From an uncultured Planctomycetaceae bacterium (GTDB lineage: Bacteria; Planctomycetota; Planctomycetia; Pirellulales; PALSA-1355), in NCBI GenBank assembly GCA_963785305.1, contig CAWAUV010000008.1, forward strand, positions 1,024,001 to 1,088,000: 64,000 nt of DNA. Direction: 5' to 3'. Position numbers and translations under genes: made by a program. Every line of letters begins with the position of its first letter. The stretch's first letter is position 1. A model generated the notes under the pieces. That model did no database searches. It had not been told where the DNA came from and saw only the letters and a list, made by a program, of their open reading frames with translations. This document shows positions 10,458 through 19,676 of this stretch, piece after piece.

Positions 10458-10958
10458 ATGTCGAATGAATTCGCGCTTGGTTCCGTGGAGGTTGCTTCAT
10501 CGCCGCGCGAGCGGTTCGAGGAGTTCTTGCAGAGTCGCGGCAAGCGAATCACGCAGCAGCGTCGCGTGATTGTCGATGAAGTCTTCCGGCAGCACGATCA
10601 TTTCGACGCCGAAAACCTGATCCAATTGCTCAGCGCCGTGGCCGATGGCCAACGTGTCAGTCGACCGACGGTCTATCGCACCCTCACCGAGCTTGTCGAC
10701 GCGGGGCTGCTGCGCGACATGGCCCTAGGCGGCCGCACCGTCTATGAACATGACTATGGCTATCCGCAACACGACCACCTGCATTGCCAGCGGTGCAACA
10801 AGCTGATCGAGTTCAGCAGCGAAGTGATGGCCCAGCTGCGCGAGGCGGTCGGCCGGGAGCACAACTTTCGCGTCACAGGGCATCGGCTGATTATCAACGG
10901 CGTGTGCGCCGAGTGCCGCGCCCTGCGCCGGCAGCCCCGTCGGCTCGACCTAATCTAA
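10458..10958 (+). CDS. fur: Fur-family transcriptional regulator
   Basis: RITQQR, HFDAE, VSRPTVYRTL, HDHLHCQRC and GVCAEC. Confidence 0.9.
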   Translation: MSNEFALGSVEVASSPRERFEEFLQSRGKRITQQRRVIVDEVFRQHDHFDAENLIQLLSAVADGQRVSRPTVYRTLTELVDAGLLRDMALGGRTVYEHDYGYPQHDHLHCQRCNKLIEFSSEVMAQLREAVGREHNFRVTGHRLIINGVCAECRALRRQPRRLDLI

Positions 10959-11026
10959 TGGCCAGTTGAACGATTTAGCGGTCCGCCAAGCCCGCCGCCG
11001 CGCGAGGCGGCCCATGGACGATCCTT

Positions 11027-11086
11027 AAAAAAACAAACCGGCCGTTCTTTCCCCCAGCAGGGAGTGAACGGCCGGTTTTTCTATTT
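11027..11086. terminator. Bidirectional intrinsic terminator
   Basis: Inverted repeat AAACCGGCCGTTC (11035-47) / GAACGGCCGGTTT (11066-78), flanked by A- and T-tracts, between convergent fur and BBP7 genes. Confidence 0.8.
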
Positions 11087-11119
11087 CACGCCACGCGGCG
11101 TCGAACTCGCGATCGGCGA

Positions 11120-12574
11120 TTAGAAGCGAACTTCGGCGCCGAGGTTGATCCCCTGAATCCAGACGCTTTGCTGGTTCCAAGAGAACTGCGGAAAGGCGCT
11201 CGTCGTGGGGAGCACCGGCGGGAAGCGGTTCGTGTCGACCCGAGGATCGATCTCGCTGCCCGGCCGCACGACATCGGTCAGGAACAGCAAGGTGTAGCCG
11301 ACATTGAGCCGCACATTCCGCCGCAATTGATAGTGGAGGTTGAGTTGCAATTCGGGAATCGCGGCGAAGCGATTGCGGGAATAAGTTCCGATATTGCCGC
11401 CGTAAGCATCGCGGGGCAGAGCCAAGATGCCGCCATTGGCATGGGTGGGAGCATAGCCCGGCACCGTGGTCACGGTGTTGCCCTGGATCGACACCTGTTG
11501 CTGCATGGCGCCCACGGCCACCTTCGGCGCCGCGTCGAATGACCAGCGTCCGCCGCGATCATACATCCACCGCAGGCCGAGGTTCAGACCGTTGAACATG
11601 TTCTGCGTGCCGAAGTTATCGCGAATATTGAAGGTTGTGCCCACCGGAACCGAACCGCCGGTGGCGGTCGACGAGCTCACGGTCTGAATGCCGAGCCCTT
11701 CGTCGAATCGCATGAAGCGGTAGCCGATCATTCCATCGAGCCGCACCGGGCCATTGCCCGACAGCGCCCGGCGAAGATTTACTTCCGTGCCAAAGACCTT
11801 GGTCGTGGCGGCGGTGGTGATCTGTCCGGCCACGAGTCCGGGAAAGGCAATCAGGTCCGAGTTTTGGGCGCCGGTGTTCACATCGTAAAACGGCCGCGCC
11901 AAGATCGGAGTTCCCTGCGACACGCCGGAGTTGTAGGAGGTATGCGTCTGCTGGAGGAAGAAGGATTGCGATTCGATGCCGATCGTTTGATTCGGGTCGA
12001 ACCAATAGCCGAGCGTGAACCGCCCGCCCGAGCGACCTTGGCCATTGATCCGGTTGCCTCCATCGAGCACCGTGGCCCCGGGCAGATCGCCCGCCGAACC
12101 TTGCGCGGTGCCCACCGGACTGGTCGTGGCCAAGGCGGGGGTGTTCATGCCCTGCACCCACCAATACAGATAGTCGGCCCCGGCATAGAGGCCATGTGGC
12201 GGCAAGCAACAGCCGCAGCCCTGGCCGCAGCCCAGGTCGCAGCCGCCGAGCGGACCGCCATCGTTGTCGTAACCGCCGGAGCGCAAGTAGGGATCGTCCC
12301 ACGACGATCCACCGGCCGGCGGAGTGGGAATGTTTTCCTCGGGCCCGCCGGCGCTGGAATCCGCGGGCGGCGCGGCGTCGTCGGAAGCGGCGTTCGGGGC
12401 CGGCGGCGATGGCTCTTCCGCCACGGGGCCAGCGTCGGGCGCTTGTGTCGGAACTGGACTGGCGTCGTCTGCCGCACGACGCGCAACTCTTGTGGGCGAA
12501 GCCGCTAGGGCCGTGGTTCCGGCTATCGCCAGCAGGCCCAACGCGGTCGCTCTCCAAAACGCCCTGCAACGCAT
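11120..12574 (-). CDS. BBP7-family planctomycete outer-membrane beta-barrel protein
   Basis: Signal peptide, Pro/Gly/Cys-rich linker, ADYLYWW, SGGRFTLGYW, ILARPF and a C-terminal QGINLGAEVRF beta-signal. Confidence 0.85.
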   Translation of the reverse strand: MRCRAFWRATALGLLAIAGTTALAASPTRVARRAADDASPVPTQAPDAGPVAEEPSPPAPNAASDDAAPPADSSAGGPEENIPTPPAGGSSWDDPYLRSGGYDNDGGPLGGCDLGCGQGCGCCLPPHGLYAGADYLYWWVQGMNTPALATTSPVGTAQGSAGDLPGATVLDGGNRINGQGRSGGRFTLGYWFDPNQTIGIESQSFFLQQTHTSYNSGVSQGTPILARPFYDVNTGAQNSDLIAFPGLVAGQITTAATTKVFGTEVNLRRALSGNGPVRLDGMIGYRFMRFDEGLGIQTVSSSTATGGSVPVGTTFNIRDNFGTQNMFNGLNLGLRWMYDRGGRWSFDAAPKVAVGAMQQQVSIQGNTVTTVPGYAPTHANGGILALPRDAYGGNIGTYSRNRFAAIPELQLNLHYQLRRNVRLNVGYTLLFLTDVVRPGSEIDPRVDTNRFPPVLPTTSAFPQFSWNQQSVWIQGINLGAEVRF

Positions 12575-13062
12575 GATGAATCCCCCCTGGATCGAACTTG
12601 ATCAACGGGCCCGATCCTGTCTCGCCACTCGCAAGGGCAAGGATCGTTGTCGGGCGCCGTCCCCTTAGTAGGTTTGTCGGACAATCGGGTTTTGGCAGTT
12701 GAAACGAAAACGGTGAGTTTGCCGGTTTTTCGGAAGGCGCCACTTATTCGGTTTTTGCGACCTTCTGGGCTGCCCCCGGTTTGCCCGAGCGCCAGGGTCG
12801 AGGCCGCTGCTTAGGTGATTTGCGAGCGGCGCCTGGAATGCAAGCACGATCCCTCGCGAAATCGAAGCGCCTCGCGGCGATCGTCAAAAAAGCGATCGAC
12901 GCAAAGCTCTTTATTTCAGCGTGTTACAGATCGGCGGCATCCCGCATTAAGTTATTGGCCTTTGATTTGCTTTATCGCGATTCCCCAAGGACGCAGCTGC
13001 TCGCGAACCGAGCAGTCGGATTCAGCCGGCCGGTTCTTACAAAACTTTTGGGGCGCTACCAC

Positions 13063-14175
13063 ATGTCTCGTTCCCCGCAGGGAAGTCAAATCCGTCAAGG
13101 AAGTCGAGTTCGTTCGCCGCGTGTTTGGGGCGCGCCGCGAGCAAAGGGAAGAGACCTGGGGTCGTGTCGGATTGCGGGGGGCGATTCGTGGCCGCGCCGA
13201 GCTTCGCACAACTCGATCGTTCGCGTGGGGGCGGCGATCGCGGTTGCGTGCATGTTCTCGGCGGCCATGATCGCCACTTCCGCTGCCCATGCCGCCGAGA
13301 CTCGCGCCGCGGCTGTTCGGCCGAGCGCGGCCGCGATCTCGTTCAAGAGTAGCTGGCTTGTGACCGAGTCGGCGAACTTTCGGGTGCTGGTCTATGGCGC
13401 CCAGCCCGCGAGTCGGCAAATTTGCGATTCGTGCGAAACGTTGCGAAGCCAACTCATCGAAAAATGGCTCGGCGCCGGAGCCGCTCAAAAAGCGGTCTCC
13501 GAGCCCTGGTCGCCCAAGTGCGATATCATCATCCACTCGACCGCCGCCGGCTATGTTCGCGCGGTCGGGCCGGGCGGCAACATGACGGTCGCTTCCTCGC
13601 TCGTGGATCAGGATCGCGGTCGGATTCATGTGCGGCGCATTGATGTTCGCGGCCAAGACGCACACTGGCAAACCTCGGCCCTGCCGCATGAAATGACGCA
13701 TGTGGTGCTGGCCGACCGCTTCGCCGGGCAGCGACTGCCTCGCTGGGCCGATGAAGGCGTGGCCACCTTGGCCGATCCCTTTGCCAAACGGCAGGGTCAC
13801 CTGCGCGACCTGCACCAGGCCGTGGCCACGCGCTCCGCGTTTCGTATCGCCGAGCTCTTCACGATGGACGATTACCCGCCGGCCAGCCGCTGGGCCGCTT
13901 TCTATGGCCAGAGCATTTCACTCACCGAGTATCTGGTCGATCGCGGTCAGTCGTCGGAACAGTTCGTCAACTTCGTCGAGTGCGCCATGAACAAGGGATA
14001 CGAGACGGCGCTGCGGGAGGTCTACCGCATCAATGGACCGGCGGAGCTGGAGCGCGACTGGATGGCATCGATCCGCGCGACCAAGCCGACCGCGAAGCCC
14101 ACGGCGAGCACCGCCGCGAAGCCGGCACGCAACGCGACCACGTCGAACACCGTGCCGCGCGAGCGCGCAACCTGA
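13063..14175 (+). CDS. Secreted zincin-like metallopeptidase (peptidase MA-like)
   Basis: LPHEMTHVV (HExxH), PRWADEGVA and FYGQS; start uncertain. Confidence 0.7.
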   Translation: MSRSPQGSQIRQGSRVRSPRVWGAPRAKGRDLGSCRIAGGDSWPRRASHNSIVRVGAAIAVACMFSAAMIATSAAHAAETRAAAVRPSAAAISFKSSWLVTESANFRVLVYGAQPASRQICDSCETLRSQLIEKWLGAGAAQKAVSEPWSPKCDIIIHSTAAGYVRAVGPGGNMTVASSLVDQDRGRIHVRRIDVRGQDAHWQTSALPHEMTHVVLADRFAGQRLPRWADEGVATLADPFAKRQGHLRDLHQAVATRSAFRIAELFTMDDYPPASRWAAFYGQSISLTEYLVDRGQSSEQFVNFVECAMNKGYETALREVYRINGPAELERDWMASIRATKPTAKPTASTAAKPARNATTSNTVPRERAT

Positions 14176-14283
14176 GCCGTTGCGTGTTGAAAATCAGCCG
14201 GCGCCGGGCAGGCACGGCCGGAAGCGATTCAGGCATTGCACGATGCGAGGGGAGATGGACTTCCATCGCTCGGCGACCGTTTG

Positions 14284-15039
14284 TCAATGCACGGTGTGTC
14301 CGCCGGTCACCGAAATGGTTTGGCCGGTGACGAACGAGGCGCCTTCGCTGGCGAAATAGGTCACGGCCGCGGCCACGTCGGCCGGCGTCCCCCAGCGGCC
14401 AGCCGGCACGGTGGCGAGGTAGGCGTCTTTCATTTCTTGCGGATCGGTTTCATGGCGCTCGACCGGAACCCAGCCGGGAGCGACCATGTTGACCGTGATT
14501 CCAAACGGCGCCAACTCGCGGGCCAAGCTGCGTGAAAAACCGGTTTGGCCGCCCTTGGCCGCCACATACGCCGTGAAAGGCGCTACGCCAAGCTGAAACA
14601 CCTCGCTCGTGATATTGATGATCCGCCCCCAGCGCTGGCGCTTCATGTGTTCGAGCGTGGCCAGGGTGAGCAAGTAGGGGCTTTTGACGAAGAAGTCGAG
14701 CATCGATTGGTAAAACGCCCAATCGTATTCTTCGATCGGCTTGAGCGGCTGCTCGCAGGTGGCGTTGGCCACGACGATATCGATCGGCCCAAGTTTCTCG
14801 CCAGTCTCGCGGCACATGCGATTGACTTCGTCGGCGTTGGTCACATCGGCCCGCGCCAGCAGCCCTTCGTGGCCGGCGCTCTGGAATTCATCGAACATGG
14901 CGCGGGCCCGCGATTCATTGCGAGCATAGTTCACCGCCACCCGCGCTCCGGCTTCGGCGAGTCCGAAAGCAATGGCCTTGCCGAGCCCGGTGCTGGAGCC
15001 GGTCACGAGCGCAACGCGACCTTTGAGACAATGCGACAT
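14284..15039 (-). CDS. SDR-family oxidoreductase (3-oxoacyl-ACP reductase-like)
   Basis: VTGSSTGLG (TGxxxGxG), YVAAK (YxxxK) and VNMVAPG. Confidence 0.9.
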   Translation of the reverse strand: MSHCLKGRVALVTGSSTGLGKAIAFGLAEAGARVAVNYARNESRARAMFDEFQSAGHEGLLARADVTNADEVNRMCRETGEKLGPIDIVVANATCEQPLKPIEEYDWAFYQSMLDFFVKSPYLLTLATLEHMKRQRWGRIINITSEVFQLGVAPFTAYVAAKGGQTGFSRSLARELAPFGITVNMVAPGWVPVERHETDPQEMKDAYLATVPAGRWGTPADVAAAVTYFASEGASFVTGQTISVTGGHTVH

Positions 15040-15290
15040 GGGGAAAAACTCCTGGAGGGTTCGGCTTGATGGAAACACATTGGGCGGCGGCTTGCCTCCA
15101 CATCTTTTCGAATTCTCAAGACCGCTGTCAAGCGGCGGAGGAGCCGAAATCCGCTCGCGGCGCATGCGGACCGCTTGCGCGATGCTCGCCCATTTCTTGT
15201 CTCGAAACCGGGCCAATGTCTTTGTTACAGTTGGCGGGCGCGCCTGGAGCGCCGTATGGGCATCGCTCGCGAATGTTTTGGGAGGTCGCC

Positions 15291-16226
15291 ATGCACGCAA
15301 CGGTTCAACGCGAAGCGGCGGGTCGGTTGGGTGCTACGGGCGGCGCTGCGCCGCATGGCGCTGCATCGCCCGTCGCTCGCGAGTATTTCGACGATGTTTA
15401 TTCGCTCGCCGGCTATCTGGCCGATGCCGCCGCGGGCCCGGGCGCCGAAAGCGGGCTGCGGTTTGTCTATCGGCCGGCGCTGGTCGAGGAGCGGGCTCGG
15501 CTCGGCGAAGCGTGTCGGCGGCTCGCGCCCGACGAAGCTGATCGCCGGGTGGCTGAATTCGTGGCCCAGCGGATCATCGCCTGCCATTCGGTTGACTCGG
15601 GTCGTGAGAACGGCGCGTCTTGCGAGAATGGCTCGGATGCCGCGGATGGCTCGGCGATCCTAGTAACGGGCGAGAATTTGTTCGCGCTCGAGCGGGCCGT
15701 GTTTGCCAGGCTGCCGGCGGTGGTGCTCGGCCACTCGGACGGAGAGATCGATCCGCGATGGTCGGAAGCAACGCGGAGCGAGCATCGGAAGCTCGTCTTC
15801 GCGGCGGCCGAGAGAGGGCAGAGCGTGGGCGAATACCGCGAACGGCGCGACGAGCGCCGCCTGGCTTGGGCCGTGGGCATAGCGCTCGCCCATCCGCGGC
15901 TCGCGGAGCGGACTTGCGAGCGATGCACGGCCTGGATGCACGATGAGGCCCATCGGATCAAACTGTGGAATGGCCGCCCGCTTGCCCGCCCGGCCGAGAG
16001 CCCCACGCCCTGCTGGCAATGCCCCAAGCAGAGCCCGGTCGCCGGGGCGATCTATGAGCAAATGCTTCCCCGAGTCGAGCGGTTAATCGACTTTCATGCG
16101 CGGGGACGAGCCACCTGCGGCCGCTCGCTCGATGGCGGGCATTTGCGCGACGCCCACTTGCTCCGTGACCTAGCGATCGTCGACACATGTGTCCGCCGCT
16201 GGGAACGATCGTTGCCAAAGGCGTGA
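15291..16226 (+). CDS. Hypothetical Cys-rich protein, possibly a fused phage tail-assembly-chaperone-like protein
   Basis: GGAGG RBS at 15281, ATG at 15291; N-half YSLAGYL...LRFVYRPALVEER, C-half HPRLAERTCERC...PTPCWQCPK. Function is inferred only. Confidence 0.55.
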   Translation: MHATVQREAAGRLGATGGAAPHGAASPVAREYFDDVYSLAGYLADAAAGPGAESGLRFVYRPALVEERARLGEACRRLAPDEADRRVAEFVAQRIIACHSVDSGRENGASCENGSDAADGSAILVTGENLFALERAVFARLPAVVLGHSDGEIDPRWSEATRSEHRKLVFAAAERGQSVGEYRERRDERRLAWAVGIALAHPRLAERTCERCTAWMHDEAHRIKLWNGRPLARPAESPTPCWQCPKQSPVAGAIYEQMLPRVERLIDFHARGRATCGRSLDGGHLRDAHLLRDLAIVDTCVRRWERSLPKA

Positions 16227-16564
16227 ATAACGACGTCCTGGCTCCGCCATCTCGCTGAAAGCCGAGGCGCCCGCTTCGCCACGCCCTTGGCGGGGCACGC
16301 CACCGTGCAACGCCCTGCGGCCCGTCTTGGCCAATCGCCGAAAAACCGTTGCCAGGCCCACGCCTTTGGGGGGCTTTTTCTGGACGCGCCTCATGCATCG
16401 CGATATTATGAACGGGCGTTTGGCAGGCCGCGCGATTTCGCGCCGGGCTGCTCGCGCCGCGCGTGGCCCGACACTGCCCAGCGCCGCGACCTCACCTTTA
16501 CCGATCGGCGCTCGCCAAATTCGAGGCAAGCGCCGATCCCGCCCCCGCGATCGAAATCTCCCCC

Positions 16565-19516
16565 ATGAGCAGAGCCCCGTTTAGGCTGGTTTGCTGGTCG
16601 CTGCGCGGGCAGCAACGCGCCCTTGTTCGGCGAAGCGCTCGCCTCGCGGCGTGGAGCACTCGCCTCGCGGCGGGAAACATGGTCGTCGCCGGGTGGCTCG
16701 TATTCTTGAGCGTGCCAGACGCCGTTGCCGACGACGCCGCGAATTCGCCCGGCGCCGGCGCTGCCTCGCCCGACCCCGCGGCAATTGAATTCTTCGAAAA
16801 AGAAATCCGCCCGGTTTTGGCCACGCGCTGCCAATCGTGTCATGGGCCCGAGAAACAAAAAGGCGGCCTGCGGCTCGACTCGGCCGAGGCCCTGCGCCGT
16901 GGCGGCGATAGCGGACCGGTGCTGTCGGGCTCCAATCCCGACGCGAGCCCGCTCGTCCAAGCGGTGCGCTATGCCGACGATCCGAAGATGCCCCCCGATG
17001 GGAAGCTGCCGGAAACGGCGGTGGCGGCGCTCGCGCATTGGGTGCGGCTCGGCAGTCCCTGGCCGGCGAATAACGCCGCCGGGCCGACGAACACAACCGC
17101 GCCGGCGCCGGCGGTCGATGCGTGGCGGCGGCACTGGGCATTTCGGCCGGTCCTCGAGCCGGCGGCGCCGAGCGTCGCATCGTCGCCCGAGGGCTGGGGC
17201 TCGCCGGTCGATCGATTCGTGCTGGCGGCGCTCGAGAAAAACGGGTTGACCCCCTCGCCGTCGGCCGATCGCCGCGTGTTCATTCGTCGGGCAACGTTCG
17301 ATCTTCTGGGCCTCCCGCCCCGACCGGACGAGGTCGAGGCGTTCGTGGCCGACACCGATCCCGAGGCCTATGCGCATCTTGTCGATCGGCTGCTCGCCTC
17401 GCCGCGCTATGGCGAACGCTGGGGCCGCCACTGGCTCGACGTGGCCCGCTATGCCGACACCAAGGGCTACACTTTCATGGAGAGCCGCAAGTATCCCTAC
17501 GCGTATACTTATCGCGACTGGGTCGTGCGGGCTTTCAACGAAGACCTGCCCTACGACCGCTTTCTCGAACAGCAACTCGCGGCCGATTGCCTGGGCGAAA
17601 GCAACGACAAGCGAAATCTCGCGGCGCTCGGCTTCCTGACATTGGGCCGACGATTCCTCAACAATCAGCCCGACATCATCGACGACCGGATCGATGTGGT
17701 GGCGCGCGGCGCCTTGGGCCTGACCGTGGCCTGCGCTCGGTGCCACGATCACAAGTTCGACCCGATCCCGACGGCCGATTACTACTCGCTCTATGGTATC
17801 TTCGCCTCGACCGATGAGCGCACGGTGGCGATCGAGCCGCCGAGCGAGCAGTTCTCCAGCGAGCTTGCCAAGCGCGAACAGGCGGTGATCGAATTTCTCG
17901 ACTCCGAGCGCGAGCAGTTCATGGCCGATTCGCGCAATCGCATGGCCGACTATTGGCTGGCGTCGCTCGAGGCGATCCGGCAGGGCGCCCCTAAATCGTT
18001 TACGGTCGGCGAGAAGGCCGGCAATCTGCACCCGCAGGCGTTCAATCGCTGGCGCGACTTCTTGAAGCCGATCGTCGAGCAACAAACGTTCGATCCCGTG
18101 TTCGGTCCCTGGGCCGCGCTGGCCGAAGTTCCGGCCGATCGCTTTGCCGACGCGGCCGCGATGCTTGTCGCCCACTTCTCGCGCATGGCGGCGGGCGAGG
18201 AATCGGCGCCGGGCCCGGGGCGGATCAACCGGCGCATGGCCGAGCGCCTCGCCGCGGCTCCGCTCAACTCGCTGGCCGATGTGGCCCGCGTGTATCAACA
18301 TCTGCTCTCCGGAGCCGACGACGCATGGCGCCAAGCGGTCTCCGCCGCGAGCGAAGGGCGGCAACCGGCGCCCACCCAACTCGCCGACGCGGACACCGAA
18401 GAGCTGCGGGGCCACATACATGGCCACCGGCTGCCGCTCGATATTCAGCCCGATAAGTTTCGCAAACTGCTCAACACGGCGCAGCACAATAAACTCGTGG
18501 CGCTCGAAAACAAAGTCACCGATTGGATGGCTTCGCCCGAGGCGCCGGCAAGCGCGATGGCGATGGTCGATAAACCGGCCCCGGTGAAGCAGCGCATCTT
18601 CGTGCGAGGCAACCCCGGCGCCGGCGGCGCGGAAACACCGCGCCAATTTCTCGCGTGCCTGTCGGAGTCGGAGCGCAAACCGTTCGAAAAAGGCAGCGGC
18701 CGCTTGGAACTGGCCCGCGCCATTGTTTGCCGCGACAATCCGCTTACGGCGCGGGTCTGGGTCAACCGTGTGTGGCAGCATCATTTCGGCGTGGGACTGG
18801 TGCGAACGACGAGCGATTTTGGCTTGCGGAGCGATCCGCCCACGCATCCGGAGTTGCTCGATTATCTGGCTTGGCGACTCATGGAGTCGGGCTGGTCGAC
18901 CAAAGCGCTCCAGCGTCTTATTCTGCTCAGCGGCGTGTATCGCCAGTCGAGCGCCGACCGGCCCGAGTGCAAGCAGATCGATCCGGCGAATCGGTTGCTG
19001 TGGAAGATGAATCGTCAGCGGCTCGATTGGGAAGCCACGCGCAACGCGCTCTTGGCCACGGCGGGCACGCTCGACCCGAGCTTGGGCGGAATCTCGGTCG
19101 ATCTCACGACCGAGCCGTTCAGCCATCGCCGCACGATCTATGGCTCGATCGACCGGCAGAATCTGCCCGGCGTGTTTCGCGCCTTCGACATGGCCAGTCC
19201 CGACACGCATACCCCCACCCGCTTCGTGACCACGGTGCCGCAGCAGGCGCTGTTTTTGTTCAATAGTCCGTTCGCGGCCCAGCAAGCTCGCGACTTTGCC
19301 GGCCGGGCCGATGTCGCGTCGCTCGCCGAGCCCGATATTCGAATCCGCCGAATGTACTTGCTCGCGTTGGGCCGGGCGCCCAGTGATGAAGAGATTTCGC
19401 TCGGCCGTCAGTTTCTTGCCGCCCAAGGCGCCGACGCCGCCGACGGCAAGCTCAATGCTTGGCAGAGTTACGCGCAAGCAATTCTGTTGACCAACGAGTT
19501 TATTTTTGTCGACTAG
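16565..19516 (+). CDS. Planctomycete cytochrome c domain protein (PSCyt1 + DUF1549 + DUF1553)
   Basis: FFEKEIRPVL...CQSCH, HWAF, YGERWGRHWLDVARYAD, CARCHDHKFDPIP, NPLTARVWVNRVWQHHFG, PTHPELLD and PQQALFLFN; start uncertain. Confidence 0.93.
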   Translation: MSRAPFRLVCWSLRGQQRALVRRSARLAAWSTRLAAGNMVVAGWLVFLSVPDAVADDAANSPGAGAASPDPAAIEFFEKEIRPVLATRCQSCHGPEKQKGGLRLDSAEALRRGGDSGPVLSGSNPDASPLVQAVRYADDPKMPPDGKLPETAVAALAHWVRLGSPWPANNAAGPTNTTAPAPAVDAWRRHWAFRPVLEPAAPSVASSPEGWGSPVDRFVLAALEKNGLTPSPSADRRVFIRRATFDLLGLPPRPDEVEAFVADTDPEAYAHLVDRLLASPRYGERWGRHWLDVARYADTKGYTFMESRKYPYAYTYRDWVVRAFNEDLPYDRFLEQQLAADCLGESNDKRNLAALGFLTLGRRFLNNQPDIIDDRIDVVARGALGLTVACARCHDHKFDPIPTADYYSLYGIFASTDERTVAIEPPSEQFSSELAKREQAVIEFLDSEREQFMADSRNRMADYWLASLEAIRQGAPKSFTVGEKAGNLHPQAFNRWRDFLKPIVEQQTFDPVFGPWAALAEVPADRFADAAAMLVAHFSRMAAGEESAPGPGRINRRMAERLAAAPLNSLADVARVYQHLLSGADDAWRQAVSAASEGRQPAPTQLADADTEELRGHIHGHRLPLDIQPDKFRKLLNTAQHNKLVALENKVTDWMASPEAPASAMAMVDKPAPVKQRIFVRGNPGAGGAETPRQFLACLSESERKPFEKGSGRLELARAIVCRDNPLTARVWVNRVWQHHFGVGLVRTTSDFGLRSDPPTHPELLDYLAWRLMESGWSTKALQRLILLSGVYRQSSADRPECKQIDPANRLLWKMNRQRLDWEATRNALLATAGTLDPSLGGISVDLTTEPFSHRRTIYGSIDRQNLPGVFRAFDMASPDTHTPTRFVTTVPQQALFLFNSPFAAQQARDFAGRADVASLAEPDIRIRRMYLLALGRAPSDEEISLGRQFLAAQGADAADGKLNAWQSYAQAILLTNEFIFVD

Positions 19517-19676
19517 CATGTGGGAAGCCAGCGGCGGCGATGCCCCGCTTGCGTGCCCTCGCGTGCCTTTCGGGTTAGGATCGTAGTTACTCGTTTCGGG
19601 CCGAGATCCGAAGGCGCCGCCCATGCTCCTTCACGATCCGAAACGGCGCCGAGGGCTTCGGCCGGAGACAAAGACC

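Noticed and set aside
12875..12935. GACGCAAAGC word resembling a c-di-GMP-I riboswitch core
   Set aside because: No upstream GGCAAA or GNRA-capped P2 and no recognisable P3 with tetraloop receptor.
16406..19624. 1072-aa minus-strand ORF and similar long antisense ORFs (e.g. 1107-2282, 7853-9103, 30242-31540, 61631-63523)
   Set aside because: Shadow ORFs opposite well-supported genes, as expected in high-GC DNA; no recognisable motifs.
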